Source: Octopus sinensis
Lineage: Eukaryota
Reading direction: 5' to 3'
Assembly (NCBI RefSeq): GCF_006345805.1
Contig: NC_043008.1
Location: forward strand, 43,028,001 to 43,092,000
Length of the DNA: 64,000 bases
The notes below the pieces were generated by a model. The model saw nothing but the letters and a program-made list of their open reading frames with translations, searched no databases and had not been told where the DNA came from. A program made the translations under genes and the position numbers. Shown here piece by piece: positions 39,673 to 54,884 of the stretch (its first letter is position 1; each line of letters begins with the position of its first letter).

Positions 39673-39796
39673 TGAGTGAGAGAACAGTGCATGCCATGAA
39701 AGTGATACTGGGGTACAAATATACGAAAACCTGTATACCTATCATGACTACCCGTCATATAAGTGCACACCAGGCACATTGCGTCACAACCATATG
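39673..39796 (-). mobile_element. Truncated copy of the 560-bp (ATT)n-associated element
   Basis: Matches 33302-33424; preceded by (ATT)n. Confidence 0.85.
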
Positions 39797-41165
39797 AAAT
39801 TATAATGTGAAAGAATAAAGCATTCTTCGTAATATTCTCTCTCTCTGAGTGGATAATTTTGGTTAGTTCCATGACATTTTGGTTATAATGTGGAAATAAA
39901 GTCTTTTGTTAAACATTGCAAATGTCTAACTGACAAACAATTGTGGATTTGGGATGAAATGTTTTCAAATATTTATATCTAATCAATGCTTCAATTAGTT
40001 TGATCCTTGATCGTCATCAAGATCGATCAATTTTTGTATATGTACAATATTTCCCAGTGCCGAGAATGCTCTCAGCTCGAAGACAAATTCAAATTCTGGT
40101 GTAGACATCTTGAAACAATGATAAACGTAAAGGCAAGGTATGACTTCTCTCATATACTTTGCCGCCATATTTAGTGGTTTCGTAACACAGTCTGTGGACC
40201 ATTTCTATTGTTTCTTTTTTCTGCTTTTACGGAGTAAGGAAACACGTTTTGATATTATATCTGGTGAACTGGGAAGAGAAGTTGATCGTCGGTACATGAG
40301 TGAAGGATGGAGGAAACAATCCAGCTCTGAGGAACAGAGGCCATTAGTGTTGCGATAGAAAAAGACAGAGAGAGAAAGAGAGAGTTAGAAATAGACAGAG
40401 ACAGAGAGGCTACAGTTGTGAATCAGAGGCTAGAACGTGTCTGTTAATAACTTAATTCCAGTCAGTTCAGCAGCCATTTTCAGGATGTCTGTGTGCAGTT
40501 GCACCGTCCATGTTGAGGGAATAATACTCCCTTGTAGGTCCCACGACTTCTTTAGAGTGTCAAAATCTGTTGGTGATTGAAGTAATTTCTGAAAAGATGG
40601 GTCACTCCTTTAGAATGTTATTTTAGTTAAGGGTGTGCTTGTGTTGAAGGAGATCCTCCTCGGACATATTGAGGCCCAGAATTTGGTGAGGGCTCTAGCC
40701 ACGTGCCGCTCATCTTAACATAAATAACACTGCCTTAGAATCAAAACTGGTTTATGAAAAATGTAAACTTCGTATTCAAGAATGTATGGTGAAAATTCTA
40801 GATTTGTTTTTTAAAAAAATACCTACGACATCAGGAAACATGGGTAGTTGGCATTTAACTGATATCCTTCAAGTAATTATTATTTTTAACTTAAAGGTAA
40901 ACCACCCTAACTCTGCTAGATTGTTGTTAAATATTTTTTCCTATTGCACGCATCAAAATCTACATCTCCAGTTCTTGTTCTGCACATCCTCAAATGTTAT
41001 CACATCTGTCTTCAGATATTCTTAACTACAACGAGGAATTTAGGGCAGTTTGACTCCAAAACGACTACATTACCTCAAGTTAATCTATTCACTTTGTTAT
41101 TAATAATCCTCATTGTAACAGATTCCTAAAGAACTGATTATCACATCATTAATATATCCTGCGGT

Positions 41166-41265
41166 NNNNNNNNNNNNNNNNNNNNNNNNNNNNNNNNNNN
41201 NNNNNNNNNNNNNNNNNNNNNNNNNNNNNNNNNNNNNNNNNNNNNNNNNNNNNNNNNNNNNNNNN
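41166..41265. other. Assembly gap (100 N)
   Basis: Run of 100 N; order and distance across it are uncertain. Confidence 0.99.
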
Positions 41266-41304
41266 TGCATACATACGTACACACACGCGCATATATATAT
41301 ATAA

Positions 41305-41349
<45 letters not shown>

Positions 41350-41425
41350 CATTATATATATCATATATATATATATATATATATATCATATATTATATAT
41401 ATCTCTATATATATATATATAGTAT

Positions 41426-41474
<49 letters not shown>

Positions 41475-42349
41475 TTATATTATATATATATATTACAAAC
41501 CCAAATCCCCAAACAAGACTGCTTAGACGATGCAGAGCCCCTAAAAACTGAGGGTTGTATTGGCCCCACTCCTCGGCTTCCAGTCACCCCAGACTAGCTA
41601 TCCGGCTTAACTTCATGTAATTTATTTATACATGCGTGCATACATGCATACATGCATACAAGTATACATACATACATACATTCATACATACATACATACA
41701 TATATATATATATATACATACATATATATATTTGTAGGAGCATGTATGTATATATCTCCATTCTCTCTCACATTTTCAATTTATGTATCTATCTGTATGT
41801 GCTAATTAAAGATGCATAAATCTCGCATTTGCTCGTCAGATCGATGTAAATTAATCAAGGAAAGTTGTTTAGTGTTAATTAGAAATTTATCTGTCTTAAG
41901 ATCAACGTCTATGTGAGATGCATGTAGCGAGTAAATGAATCCCAGATATACCAATATTAAGAAAATATGCATATATTTACCTCACAGTTGGCCTTCCTGG
42001 ACATCGAGATGTTTCTGTTACAACTAACTTCTGAAGCAGTTGTGGGAAGATTCACCTTCCCATAATTCCTTATAATCAGTGGTTGTCGGCCATGAAACGT
42101 TTAATGCAAAAGGTGTGTGACGTATAAAGGATACGAAGGAGGGAGTGGGGAAGGCTTCTTCTACTCTATACCTGAATAAAGTCTGTAGTGCCGAGATAAG
42201 AGAAATGGCTGCAGGGCGTTTGATTAAGAAACACCTTTAGAGAACAACATCTAATTAGAGAATAGTTTGATGGTGAATTCTCTCTACCCCTTCTGTATGT
42301 GTACACACACACATACATACACATATTTTTATAAGTATATATACACATA

Positions 42350-42440
<91 letters not shown>

Positions 42441-42452
42441 CTCTCTCTCCTA

Positions 42453-42524
<72 letters not shown>

Positions 42525-43065
42525 CATATACTCATATACATACATATACATACATACACGCATATATGTATTTACATATGTATGTATAATGTATTAATAC
42601 TGAAATTTTATCGCGACAGGTACATTCAGTTTCAATAAAAACACTTCCCTCTCATTCTCCTCGCAACGCAAGTCAACGCTACTCTCTCTATCTCTCTCTC
42701 TTTATATTATACATATATATATATATATATAAATATGCATGTAGGTATATACATGTATATATATTATATATAATATAATATATATACTATATATATGGAT
42801 ATATATATTATGCATACATACATTCATATAGATACAAATATACACATCACAACGCGCATACATATATATATATGTATAACTCCCATGTATACTTAAATGT
42901 ACAAGGTTACACACATATACACACACGCACACCAACACACACACACACTCACACACATATATACACGCGCGCGCATCAATAAGATTGTGGAAGTGTAGGT
43001 GCGGGTCTTGGTGTTTCTGTGAAATCTCTTTTCTGTTTCTCCGTGTTTGATTATCTGAGTAGATT

Positions 43066-43096
<31 letters not shown>

Positions 43097-43986
43097 TCCA
43101 TGTCTTTCTCTATATGTCTGTGTATACGTTGTGCTGGAGGAGGGTGACGTGTGAGTCGGTGTTCGTACGTAGGAGGGGCTTGTAGGGGCCCGGTGGGGTT
43201 CCGAGGCGTGTGTACTGAACAATAACTGGTTTGCACTTAGTGATGTTAGCAATGTAGATCTTACGCCTAAATGAAAGTTTTCTGTTACTTCCACTTGGAA
43301 TGATCTAACATTAATTCCGATGGTTAAACAGATGGTTTAAACCCAAAGACGAGAACCCAATATATTTGGATAATTAATCACAATAAATATCTCCGCAAAT
43401 AGCATGTAAATCGACAAAAATAAAAGCAAAAACACGCGCAGTTTTGTATTTATTTAGAATACATCTATTTCGTGTTTGTCTTCGAGATATTCCACTCTGG
43501 ATTCTCTTGCAATGAACGATGAGTCGGACGGCCGGTTTCGCAGAATCTAATTGATGAATACGTTTTATGTATGTGTCTGAGTATGAAACATCTCTTTCTG
43601 ACTACGTCTATGTGTACCTATGTTAATGCTTGAACTTTGTACATGTATGTATGTGTGTGTGTGTGTCTGTGTGTGTGTGTGCGTACGTGTATTTGCATTT
43701 GGTTTTTATAGTAGTTATGTAGGTTTTGTAAATATATCATCGTCTCACTGACTCCGATTGTGCATAGATATAGGTGCAAAAAAACTATCTATAGGTGTAT
43801 ACATTTATACATACGTACGTACATGCAAACACAAATACATACACACTCACACACAAACACTCACACAAAGATATGTTATTGTTTGTTTTTATGTTCAATT
43901 ATAATAAAATGATTTTTACATTAATCTGATGGGCTACTCCTCAAATCTTTTGTAGAGTACAAACTTATAATTCTTAAAGAATTGTA

Positions 43987-44350
43987 GACGCAGGAGTGGC
44001 TGTGTGGTAAGTAGCTTGCTTACCAACAACATAGTCCCGGGTTCTGAAGCCTTCTGAGTGGATTTGGTAGACGGAAACTGAAAGAAGCCCGTCGTATATG
44101 TATGTATATATGTATATGTATGTATGTATATGTATGTGTATCTGTGTTTGTCCTCCTAACATCACTTGAGAACCGATGTTGGTGTGTTTACGTCCCCATA
44201 ATTTAGTGGTTCGGCAAAAGACACCGATAGAATAAGTACTAGGGTTACAAAGAATAAGCTCCGGGGTTGATTTGCTCGACTAAAGGTGGTGCTCCACCAT
44301 GGCCGCAGTCAAATGACTGAAGCAAGTAAAAGAGTAAAAGAATAAAGAAG
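43987..44350 (+). mobile_element. tRNA-derived SINE (same family as 28118) with internal deletion
   Basis: Collinear with 28118-28500 but lacks the segment after the B box; tail (AGTAAAAG)-like. Confidence 0.85.
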
Positions 44351-44679
44351 AATATTATTGACAGTGACTTCGAAGTTGAGCCATCGACGATAGTTTAACT
44401 GGTCAAAATTTCGAACTCACTGACAATAATATTATTGTTTAAGAATGCTAAATTTGTATATATAATATACACACATATACATACACACACAGACATATAT
44501 TAATTTATACATTTATATGTATATATGTATATATATATACATTTATGTATTTATATGTATGTATGTATATATATATATATATGTATATATATTTATATAT
44601 ATATATATAGATAGATAGATAAATAGATAGATATATAGATATAGATATATATGTATGTATGTATGAATGTGTGTATAGT

Positions 44680-44865
44680 GACCGCTAGCTACAAAAGTTT
44701 TTTTTATTATTCCCTCTCTGTTTATTTCCTAGTGTTCCTTTCTGTTGAAGAGTGGAGGCACGAGAGGTAGAAGACTTTTTCAGCTTCCCGAGTGCTAAAC
44801 TAATACACCTATTTGTTGTTTATACACGTCTTCATCTTTTGTTTTCCTGTAAATTTCAACTATAT
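44680..44865 (+). mobile_element. Penelope-like pLTR remnant with decayed hammerhead-like motif
   Basis: Homologous to 30915-31085; CTTT-CTGTTGA-A-GAGT-GGAG-GCAC-GAGAG-GTA-GAAG. Confidence 0.6.
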
Positions 44866-45441
44866 ATATATATATATGTATATATATATACATACATATA
44901 TACATATATACATACAAATTTTATATCTAAATATTAGATATATATGTGTGTTATATATAACATATATGTATATATATATATATATATATAATATATAATA
45001 TATATATATACATACCAATTTAATATATATACATATATACATACAAATCTAGTATATATATATATATATCGTTAACGCATTGAGCACGCTGTGTATGTAC
45101 TTTATAGATGGCTAGGTCTTAAATGTTAGTCACTTATATCTGTCAGTAACTTATAATCTGTTTTGGTTATGTCTGTCTTCACATTTTACCATTCCACTTC
45201 TATTAGTTCCATTGTTGGTTTTCTCTCATGACAAATTCGCAAACATCTCTTGGCATTGAAAAATACCTTCCGCATATTTACTTTCTTCAATTTCTTTATA
45301 TTTCATTTTATATTTTATTTTATTTTATTTTACCTTCCTTTAAAATAATATTTGTAAAATGGAAGCAGGGAAAAATATGTTTATGTTATTTCGTTACAAA
45401 GGAATTATATCGTCAGCCTACCAATAATAATAATAATAATA

Positions 45442-45540
<99 letters not shown>

Positions 45541-46135
45541 GAACAACTACAATAACAATAACAACAGCAGCTATGATAATAATAATTATAATAAACGATA
45601 AAAATGATTTGAGTTTTCGTTGGGACGGCGGTTTGGGGTGAGAATTAATATGGTTATATTCTTAAAACGGTATTTACTATTAAGACAGCTGCCTCAAGAA
45701 TTGAAGACATTGGTGTGTAAAATTTGCAAAACCAGACATGAATAAAGTCTTTTATGATTACAGCAAAATAGAGAAATGAACATTGAAAAAAAAAGGAAAA
45801 AGAAAAATAACAACAACCCAAAATAATGTCCATTCTAACACGTTACGTTTCTGAAAATAAACGGAATATTTTTGGAGCTGATTTCGTCTTGTAGAATTAT
45901 TTCTGATTTCACGATCTTGTGTTGGTTTTACACGAATCTGGGAGTATTAGAAACGCATTTTGTTTGTTCGGAGATGTGGTTTGGTGGCGAGGTGGGGCGG
46001 TTCTTTCTGAAGTTTGTTTGTGGAGATGTATTTATGCATGGGTGACTAATGCGAATATGGTACATGTAAGAAAATACAGCCACGCGCTCCCGTGTATATG
46101 TGTGTGTATGTATGTATGTATGTATGTATGTAACT

Positions 46136-46186
<51 letters not shown>

Positions 46187-46258
46187 GTGTGTGCGTGTGT
46201 ATGTATGTGGTATACGTATAAATCTATATCTATCTATACATATCTATCTATCTATCTA

Positions 46259-46292
<34 letters not shown>

Positions 46293-46949
46293 ATATCTAT
46301 CTATCTATCTATTCTGTCTGCCTGTCTGTCTATATATATACATATATACATATATATATGTATATATAAATATCTATGTCTATGTAATATATGTATAGAT
46401 ATATATATATTATATATATATATAATATATATATAATATATATATACATACACATACACTTATCCATAAATGAACACCACACACACACACACCACATATG
46501 CATAATAAGAAGAAGGGGAGAAAAAAGTTCGATCCCCACGTGGTGAATATGTAAAATAAAAGAAAGAAAATCCGCAAGATTAAATAGTTTTAATATATTT
46601 TAGATATTTTTTATGTGTGAAAGAGTATTGTTTGTCGACCAGTTTCGCTTTCGCTAATCATGGCATTGAAATTACTCTAAGTTCGTATTTCCTAAAGAAT
46701 TTAGTCCAAGTTGTGTATGTAGAAGCTTATGATTCAATAAGTAGAAAAATCTAAGGAGAGGTAATTAGTAATCATTATTATTGGGGACAGGGGAGGTAAT
46801 TACTCATCTTTGAGGGAGAGGATAAATGAATATATATATGCATTTATTCTCTATAATCTCTCTCTATATATAGTGTATATATATATACACACACTATATA
46901 TATATATATATAGTAAAGCTGTTCCAGAGGAAAAAATACTCATTAAAAA

Positions 46950-47320
46950 TGTGCCGTGACCTTCGAACATTTTGTTGAGGGGAACGACAGTGAACTTGTC
47001 TTGGGTAACAACAAATAACAGCAGGAAGTGAAATACGGGCAGGAGGAAATTCCATGAGGAGGACACTTTGAAGAGGAAGGACTGGACGAGTTGACACGAC
47101 AAGAGAGTAACTGAAGTAAAAAAAGATGAAACAGAAGGATGGGTCCAAATGGGGGCGACACGAATTTAGAAGATTACAAAGAATGGAGGCCATTGCTGTA
47201 GTGGTAGAAGAAGGAAAGTGAGAAGACACAGCTTGTCTCCGGGAAATAGATTGGAGTATTTCGAGGGAGAAATTTTGCTAATTATTCGAGCGACCTCTTT
47301 TGGATCCAGTCTAGGATATT
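46950..47320 (-). mobile_element. Decayed CR1/L2/Jockey-group LINE 3' fragment
   Basis: Minus-strand LDWIQKR...SLSFFYHYSNGL, like the LDRIQKRA...LFYRYYNG segment of these LINEs. Confidence 0.6.
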
Positions 47321-49080
47321 TGTAACCAGCACCGATTCAAATATAAAAAGCAGCATTCCCTCGTGGGCATTCTTCAACTTTGGACAACAGCAGATCAAGG
47401 ATCAGTGATTCGAATTCTGTCACCAACCAGTAATAACTTTGTTTCCATAACTAATAAAGTTCAATCTCATCATCCCAGTCGACGCAGCCGTTAAGTATAA
47501 TAGGAAACGCAAGCGCTGACAGCACAGGAAAACATTGTTTCCGTGTGTGTCTGCTACCAGAGAAGGACCAATGCCATGGCTTTATTTACAATTTAATGCT
47601 CGTCGCCACAAAATAACTACGATGGTGAAAATGAATAAATGAATAGAAGCGAGAAGAAAGATATAATTTACCTGTTGACAGAGCAGGGAATCTATGATAT
47701 TTTTTGATAAAGTTACTTTTCACTCATCCAAAGAACTGAAAGTAATAAAAATGTTAAATTTAGTTATATATCTAAATAAATAAATGTATACAAAACGTAT
47801 AGATAAATAAATATACATATATATATATACATATATATGTATGTTTATCTATATATATATATATATACATATATGTATATATATATATATAGAGAGAGAG
47901 GGTGTTAGTTAATTAGCTCGTAAGTATGTTAGTAATTTACTTAATTACTTATTTAATTAATAAATTAGGTAGGAAACAAAAGAAATTAAATCTAAGAATA
48001 CAAATTATGAACTGCATTGGCAAAAACAAGTTAATAAAATTCTTTAAATAAACCAATTTATGTGTCTTAAGCGGAGGATGGTCTTAAAGCTGCGGGTATC
48101 GTCTTCGTTTGAACTTATTTTACTAATTTTAATGAAATACTTTGCGAGTTATGTGCTTAGTTAATTAGAAAAGAAGTGAATAATTAAGATGTAAACAAGA
48201 AAATTAGATATTACATAGGCAGACGACTTCTTGATGGCAATGTAGGAGAAAAAAGAGGATAAGTTTGAGCTAAAATGGTTAAGCTATTACACAGAGGATG
48301 TAAAAGATCGACATTGAAGAAAAGAAAAGAAAAAAAACAGAAAACAGAATAAGAAAAATGGTGCAGAAAACAGAGAAAAATACGAAAACAGAAAGAGACA
48401 AACTTATAGACAGGTAGGCAGACAGGCAGAGCAAATAAGAATTGGCATCTAGGCAGTTAAAGTAGAATCGTGTATAGAACAATACAAGAGATATTCATTG
48501 AAAACAAGCAATTCATTGGCGAAAACAAGTTGATTGATTCTGACAAAACCACCTCGACCCACTTCACACCGGAACCTAAATTGGCTGTGAAATATTGGTC
48601 TCTTTATTAAAACCTAAAGGAAATAGAATTCATTCGGACAGTTTCTTAGGGACTTAATTAAAATTATCTGCCAAACATCTCTGAACACTAGCAGCGAAAA
48701 TAAGAGAACGCCATTTTTTTTCTACAGCAATCGTACATCAAAGTCATAGAAAATGTAAATGGAATTGTGTTTTTGTTTTTCATTTTTTTTTTCGAAAAAC
48801 TAATAGATATCCGAGGTTTTCTACCGGAGCTCTTGAACAGTCTTTAAATACATAAGAACCGAAGACATTATACAAATTCACATGCCTACATAGATACATG
48901 TAATACATACATACACATACACACACACACACACCACACACACACATATATACATACATACACAACACGCACATATATATCTGTACATATATATATATAT
49001 ATATTATATATATATATATAATACTTATTATATGCTTATCTGTACATATGTATATATATACATACATAAATATATATGTA

Positions 49081-49111
<31 letters not shown>

Positions 49112-49944
49112 CATGCATATATGTGTGTCAGTCTTTGTGTCAGTATGTATTTTTTAAACACACACACACATACACACACATACATGAGCATAAAATAAAC
49201 ACATCCGTTTAGGCAGCTGATGACGCGGGTGCACATACGTTATACCCGTATGTGAGTGACTTATTGCTTACTCTCTTTTATTCTGCGTTGTCTATTCTTG
49301 TAAAGTGCGAAGTGTTTGTGGCTTTATATCTGGTGCAGATCGCTTACTTTGCTATTCTTTGGTTTTCTCCATAAGTAATCTATTTAGGCTTGGATAATTC
49401 TTAGATATTGGCGTCTGGTTTCGGGAAGTTCTGTGACATATATTCACAAGTAAACGAAGTGGATTCTCCGTCAGTTTCGGCGATGAGTCTTCAGGTTGTT
49501 GAATTTATCGAACAACCTGTTCGTTGGACTATCATGTATGTTGTTGAGTATTCCGCAGACCTTACGTGTACCACTGAACAAGTCGCCAGGCAGAACCAAC
49601 TGTGATACGATGTGTGACATGGCTAGACGTTCGTATTACAGGTAGAATCCATCCGAGATAGTTTCTAGTCTACCTAGTTTCACTGGCAAGGTTTGACTTC
49701 ATCCGAAGACACAACGTTCTGATATTGACCTCGAGACCTCTAGATTGTCAAGTGGAATTCTTAACTTTTCAGTTATTTAGCAGCCACATTTACATACAGT
49801 TGTATGTTTTCGTACATATATACACACACACACACATGCATAAATGTATAGATTGAAAATTGTACAGAAACACACACACACACACACACAACACACACGC
49901 ACACACACACACACACACACACCACACACACACACACACCACAC

Positions 49945-50100
49945 AAAAGACAGAGACAGGTGCTGGAAGGACAAACGTGGTGCATTAGTTTCACGCTCAG
50001 GAAAAATGGAAGGGTATTTGACGTTTCGAGCTTAGGCTCTTCTACAGAGAAGAATGAGGAAAGAAAATAGAGAGGAAAAAACGGAGAGAGGGAGTGAGAG
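49945..50100 (-). mobile_element. Penelope-like pLTR remnant with minimal hammerhead-like motif
   Basis: Minus strand CTGTAGA-A-GAGC-CTAA-GCTC-GAAAC-GTC at 50016-50051, followed by CCTGAGCGTGAAACTAATGCACC as in the other two copies. Confidence 0.62.
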
Positions 50101-50827
50101 AACATACATTTCTATGCATGTGTTCATTAATACACATATTCATATATGCTCATATATACGCATCTTGAAATTCTTTAGGAATAAACTACATTCATAGCAC
50201 AGCCACATACATACAGACACATAAACATTTACGCTCACACATACTCTACAAGCATACGGATAAACACGCATTTACACTCACCACACACACACACCAGCAT
50301 ACATATGCACACATATACTTCCATATGCAGAAATACACACATTCATAAATGCAAATCCGATGTATAATACAATTTCGTTGAGAAACGTAATTCGGAGAAA
50401 GAAGGTAATTTTCAAGTGAAACTTTGTCTAATAAAATATTTATGTGACACACAGCTGACAAACCATAAAACACAGACAAATATATTTGGAGAAAAAAATA
50501 TTATTAATTTCAAATAATGAACGTTATTTGTTTTTCTGTTACAGAAATATCATTAGTCAGTATGATACATAAAATATATTTGTGAGTGTTGTATACGGTG
50601 GAGGGGGGAGGGTTGCAGGGGGGGATGGTTCACCATGGAATCAATAATGGTAGTGGTGGGGGTGGGGTGTGTGCGAAATAAGTAATTTTCTGCTTTTGGT
50701 GTTGGGGAGTAAAGTGAAATGACAGCGAACTTAACATGAGTGAAGTCTTCTTGAAAATGCCTTGCTGAATGTTTTCTGTCGATTAATTACCGGAGAAGGG
50801 TTGCGTGGATAAGATAACCCCTTAAAG

Positions 50828-50960
50828 CAGCGTTTCTCATCCATTTGTTTTGTCTACGGACCCTAGTGATTCCTGTTTTACTCAACTGGACCCTCATCGA
50901 TATTCGATGATAAAAAATTATATTGTTATTTTTAGGAATTGTATAAGAAAAAAAATTCTA
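50828..50960. mobile_element. Left end of a decayed hAT-type MITE
   Basis: CAGCGTTTCTCA followed by GGACCC subterminal motifs; right end not identified. Confidence 0.4.
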
Positions 50961-52019
50961 AAATACTTTGCTAGAGTTAAACACCTTGTTTTCATATTTG
51001 AAATAAGCTTTATGAAGAGGCGTTCTCAACTAACATCTTGTTTACTCGGAGTTGATAGAAGTTGTTCATCTCACTATATTACATACAGTGAGCTGAACAA
51101 CTACAGTAACTGCGTAGTAGGCGAATTGTAAATCTAGGTTCAAATCCACACCGTAACCTCGCGTGGTAACTACTTCAAAAGACTAGAGAATTAAATAATT
51201 ATAAGAATATATCGTTAGTCGGCGTACCAGAGTAGAGAAACTTGTTTGAACCAACCAACAGCACTATAGAATCCTAATTAACGTGACACGATAGGCAGGT
51301 AAATGAAAATTTGAAACCTAACATCTATACATCAATAACAGAGATCTATGTTTTAATAAACACCATAAAATTAATAGTGAAAGAACTTAATTAATCTAAC
51401 ACTCTACTATTGATTCTGAGGACCATTCATGTCAGGATGGTAGGATGCTCGGGGTGTCTGAAAACCGGTCCGGGTGGCTTTTACATCTAATTCAGAATCT
51501 CGTTGCTTTATTATCCAGTCTTAACAAAGGGGAGAGGGTTGCATTTGATCCTTAACATGCATTTGCTGTTGTTGCCGTTGTTGTTGTTGTTGTTGTTGTC
51601 GTACAGTGTTATTGTTGTGTAATTCTCTCAGGTTTGATCCAACAGGCATTTCACAACGAGGCTGAAGTTTTGTTGTTATTGTACAACCCATGGTCAGTCC
51701 TGATCCCGAAGACCTATGCCAACCACATCGTTTAATACTAGTTTCTATGAGTTTTGGATGACCGCCATGGACGGTTTAAACTAGCAACTTTAATGTCCTT
51801 TTGAAACGCCTAGAAGGAACCCACGTGGTTCCAACATTTGTCTGGCGGTTCGCATCACAGCCATACTCGATAGCGTTTCTGATGTGACAGCAAGAACGCT
51901 ATTTTCACTAAATTTCACGTGGGCGCGAGTCTGTAGGTACGCGGCTTAGGGGTGGTGTGGGTCTCCTATAGATCGGATAGTAATTAGCAGAGTTAGGGGG
52001 AATTACCAGTTATTATAGG

Positions 52020-52081
<62 letters not shown>

Positions 52082-52134
52082 GGTCTATCCATCCATTCGT
52101 CCAGCTCTCTCCCTCTCTCTCTGTCTATCTAAGC

Positions 52135-52180
<46 letters not shown>

Positions 52181-53820
52181 TGCAAATTGAGGTAGATGGA
52201 AGAGTCCAAAGAGATTAGAAGTTATCTGTGTGGCGGTAAAGGATTGCGGCATCCAAAATATTTATTTCTTTCCCTTGTGAAAAAGAAACCAATATTTGAA
52301 GAGGTTGTTTTGATATGTCAATGTGACACTCGTTTTCCCTCTGCTCTCTTTCTCCCCACCACCTCCACCACCACACATTCTGTCTGCCTGTCTGTCAGTC
52401 TGTCTCTTTTTCACTCTCTACTAAAATCTATTGGGTTGTTAACTTGTGATCACTTCCAGGCAGGCAATTAACGCTGTTTATTGCATTTGTGCGTGATATG
52501 CATAAATATGCCTAAACCTCTCTCTTGCAATGTTTAAAGTTTAAAGAAAAGAAAATAGAACTTTCTATCGTCAGTTAACCATTTATTCCACAGATTAAAT
52601 ATTATAAATATAACTTTAAACTGCCATTTCTTCCTGCTGTTGTTGTTGTTGTTATTATGTTTAATCAAACGCACATATGAAACTCGTTTCAGCAGAAACC
52701 ATTCCGTATTTTTGTATTTAATAGAATGCATTACCTAATGTGTCCTGCTTTACTTAAGACCGTAGTATTTCAGGGACATTTAACTGTTATTTCTAGCCAG
52801 TCTTCGGACCACATCGGACTCTTCGGTTGGATCGTGTAACTTTCAACTACCAAAACGAATACAATGGTGCCATATATTTTCCGATTTAACTTTTGTGGTT
52901 CTAAATTTGTTTGATTTCCTCGAAGAAGACTTGGAATATGTCTGCGAGTAGTGATTCAAGGTTTTATTATTTTTTCGGTAATAGAAAATATATTGCTATT
53001 ATTTTATGTACCGAGAATGCTAAGTTGCGATATCGATAAAGCATAAGATAGAATTCGTCGTGTATTTAATTACATTTTGAGTTTAAATTTCGACGAGTTT
53101 AATGTTATAGCTTTCATCTAATGTGGGTCGATTAATAAAGTACCAGTGCTGTACTTGAGTCCATCTCTTCCACTGTATCCATTTTCTGTTCTACCCAAAT
53201 TTGTGTTAATTTTAGAGAACATTTTTCAATGAAGCAAGGAAGTCAGTCGTAGAATAGGTTGATCTTCGGAGAAAATGCCGTACCATATTTGGTAATTCTA
53301 CAAACAGTCGTTCACCATGAAGTCGGTGTTCAGTCCACCATTGTTAATAGCCAAATGGTTTATAGAGAGAGACTGACCCATCGAAATCACGTGACGGTGG
53401 CAGGGGACATTTTGTTTTAATTTTGCCATATTAAAATACATTGAAATAGAGAATGCAGAATTTTCAAACAGATTCTAGCTACGGGGTTCCGTCTCGACGC
53501 ACCGGTGCTCCACCAATTTTTGAAAATATAATTTAAGGCTGTGACATTTCCATAATAACGCTTCACTGTCTTAAAAAAAACGTGTTATGTGTATTTTTTT
53601 AACAAAATTATTATTAAAAAAACAACGTAGCGTATAGAATTTTATTTATTTTTGTCAAATTTTTAAAAGTATTTTTTCTTAACTTTGCAGCTGAAGTTTG
53701 CCAATGATTTTATATTTAATCTGCCATGTTTCCACAAAAATAAATAAATGAATAAATAAATAAATAAATGGTAGCAGATACTCTAAATAAAAGTGAGTGC
53801 TGCTGATATACTCGGAGTTT

Positions 53821-54039
53821 AAGGCGGTGAGCTGGCAGAAACGTTAGCACGCCGGGCGAAATGCATAGCAGTATTTCGTCTGTCGCTACGTTCTGAGCTC
53901 AAAATCCATCGAGGTTGACTTTGCCTTTTAAAGTTTCGGGCTCGACAAATTAAGTACCAGTTGCGTGCGTACTGGAGTCAATCTAATCGACTGGCCCCTT
54001 CCCCCAAAATTTCGGGCCTTGTGCCTAGAGTAGAAAAGA
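53821..54039 (+). mobile_element. Full-length Meta-like SINE monomer, tail type B
   Basis: Head GGCGGTGAGCTGGCAGAAACGTTAGC...GAGCTCAAAATCC; 15-bp TSD ATATACTCGGA(G/C)TTT at 53806-53820 and 54040-54054. Confidence 0.9.
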
Positions 54040-54571
54040 ATATACTCGGACTTTTATACATTATTTGATAAGATACACAGACTGGTCCAACTTAACAACA
54101 TGCAAAGATATAACATTGACAACCAGAGCTTATAAACCGTGTCAACCGCTGCAGACATCGAGTTATAATCATCGAACGTTCCGCCATATTGTCAGCTATG
54201 CCCTAAATAATCGTTTCTTAGATGCACAGGATCAGAAATTCAGGGCAATGGCGGAACGTATTCGATCGATTATATCGATCTTTATTTCATTGATATTATA
54301 TTTCATCAAAGTTGAAATGTGAACGTAAAGAATCTGAACAAAGATCGTAAGGCAGTTTGTCGAACGCTCCACCGATTCTGCCACTGTACTAACTTTATCC
54401 GTCCCTTAATAAAAACCGCCATTTTGGCTGAATATAATATAGAAACGGAGATAACAAGAATATTGTAGAGTCGTTATTGTCTTGAGTTCTCAACGCTTGA
54501 TACAGAAGTAGGGGTGTTGTATGAGACATTCGGCTTGTTTTGAGCTTCAATCAATCCGTCTCTGATCATGT

Positions 54572-54884
54572 GAAGGCGAGTAGCTTAGTGGTTAGGGTAG
54601 TCAGCTCTCGATCCTAAGGTCGTGAGTTCGATCCCTGCGAGCACGTTGTGTCCCCGAGAAAGGCACGTTAGTTCACGTTGCTCTAATCCACTGAGCTGGC
54701 AAAAATGAGTAGTACCTATATTTCAAAGGGCTGGCCTTGTCACACCCTGTGTGATGCTGACTCACCTTGAGAACTACGTTAAGAGTACGTGTGTCTGTGG
54801 CGTGCTCAGCCACATGTGCGTTAATTCCACGAGCTGTTGATCGGATCAACTGGAACCCTCATCGTCGTAACCGACGGAGTGCCA
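54572..54884 (+). mobile_element. Full-length tRNA-derived SINE (family of 9151)
   Basis: A box TAGCTTAGTGG, B box GAGTTCGATCCC, 3' end CGTCGTAACCGACGGAGTGCCA. Confidence 0.87.

Noticed and set aside
41810-41845. Hammerhead-like GAT-CTGACGA-GCA-AA-TGC-GAGA...ATC on the minus strand
   Set aside because: GAGA instead of GAAA, no valid NUH site, and only 3-bp stems; compatible with chance.
41988-42066. Possible plus-strand terminal exon LAFLDIEMFLLQLTSEAVVGRFTFP*
   Set aside because: Short and isolated, with no partner exons and no recognisable protein family.
45378-45420. CTGACGA...GAAA match on the minus strand
   Set aside because: Stem I cannot form and extra bases separate stem II from GAAA.
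54572-54650. tRNA gene
   Set aside because: A and B boxes are present, but the cloverleaf is imperfect and the sequence continues into a SINE body found elsewhere in the window.
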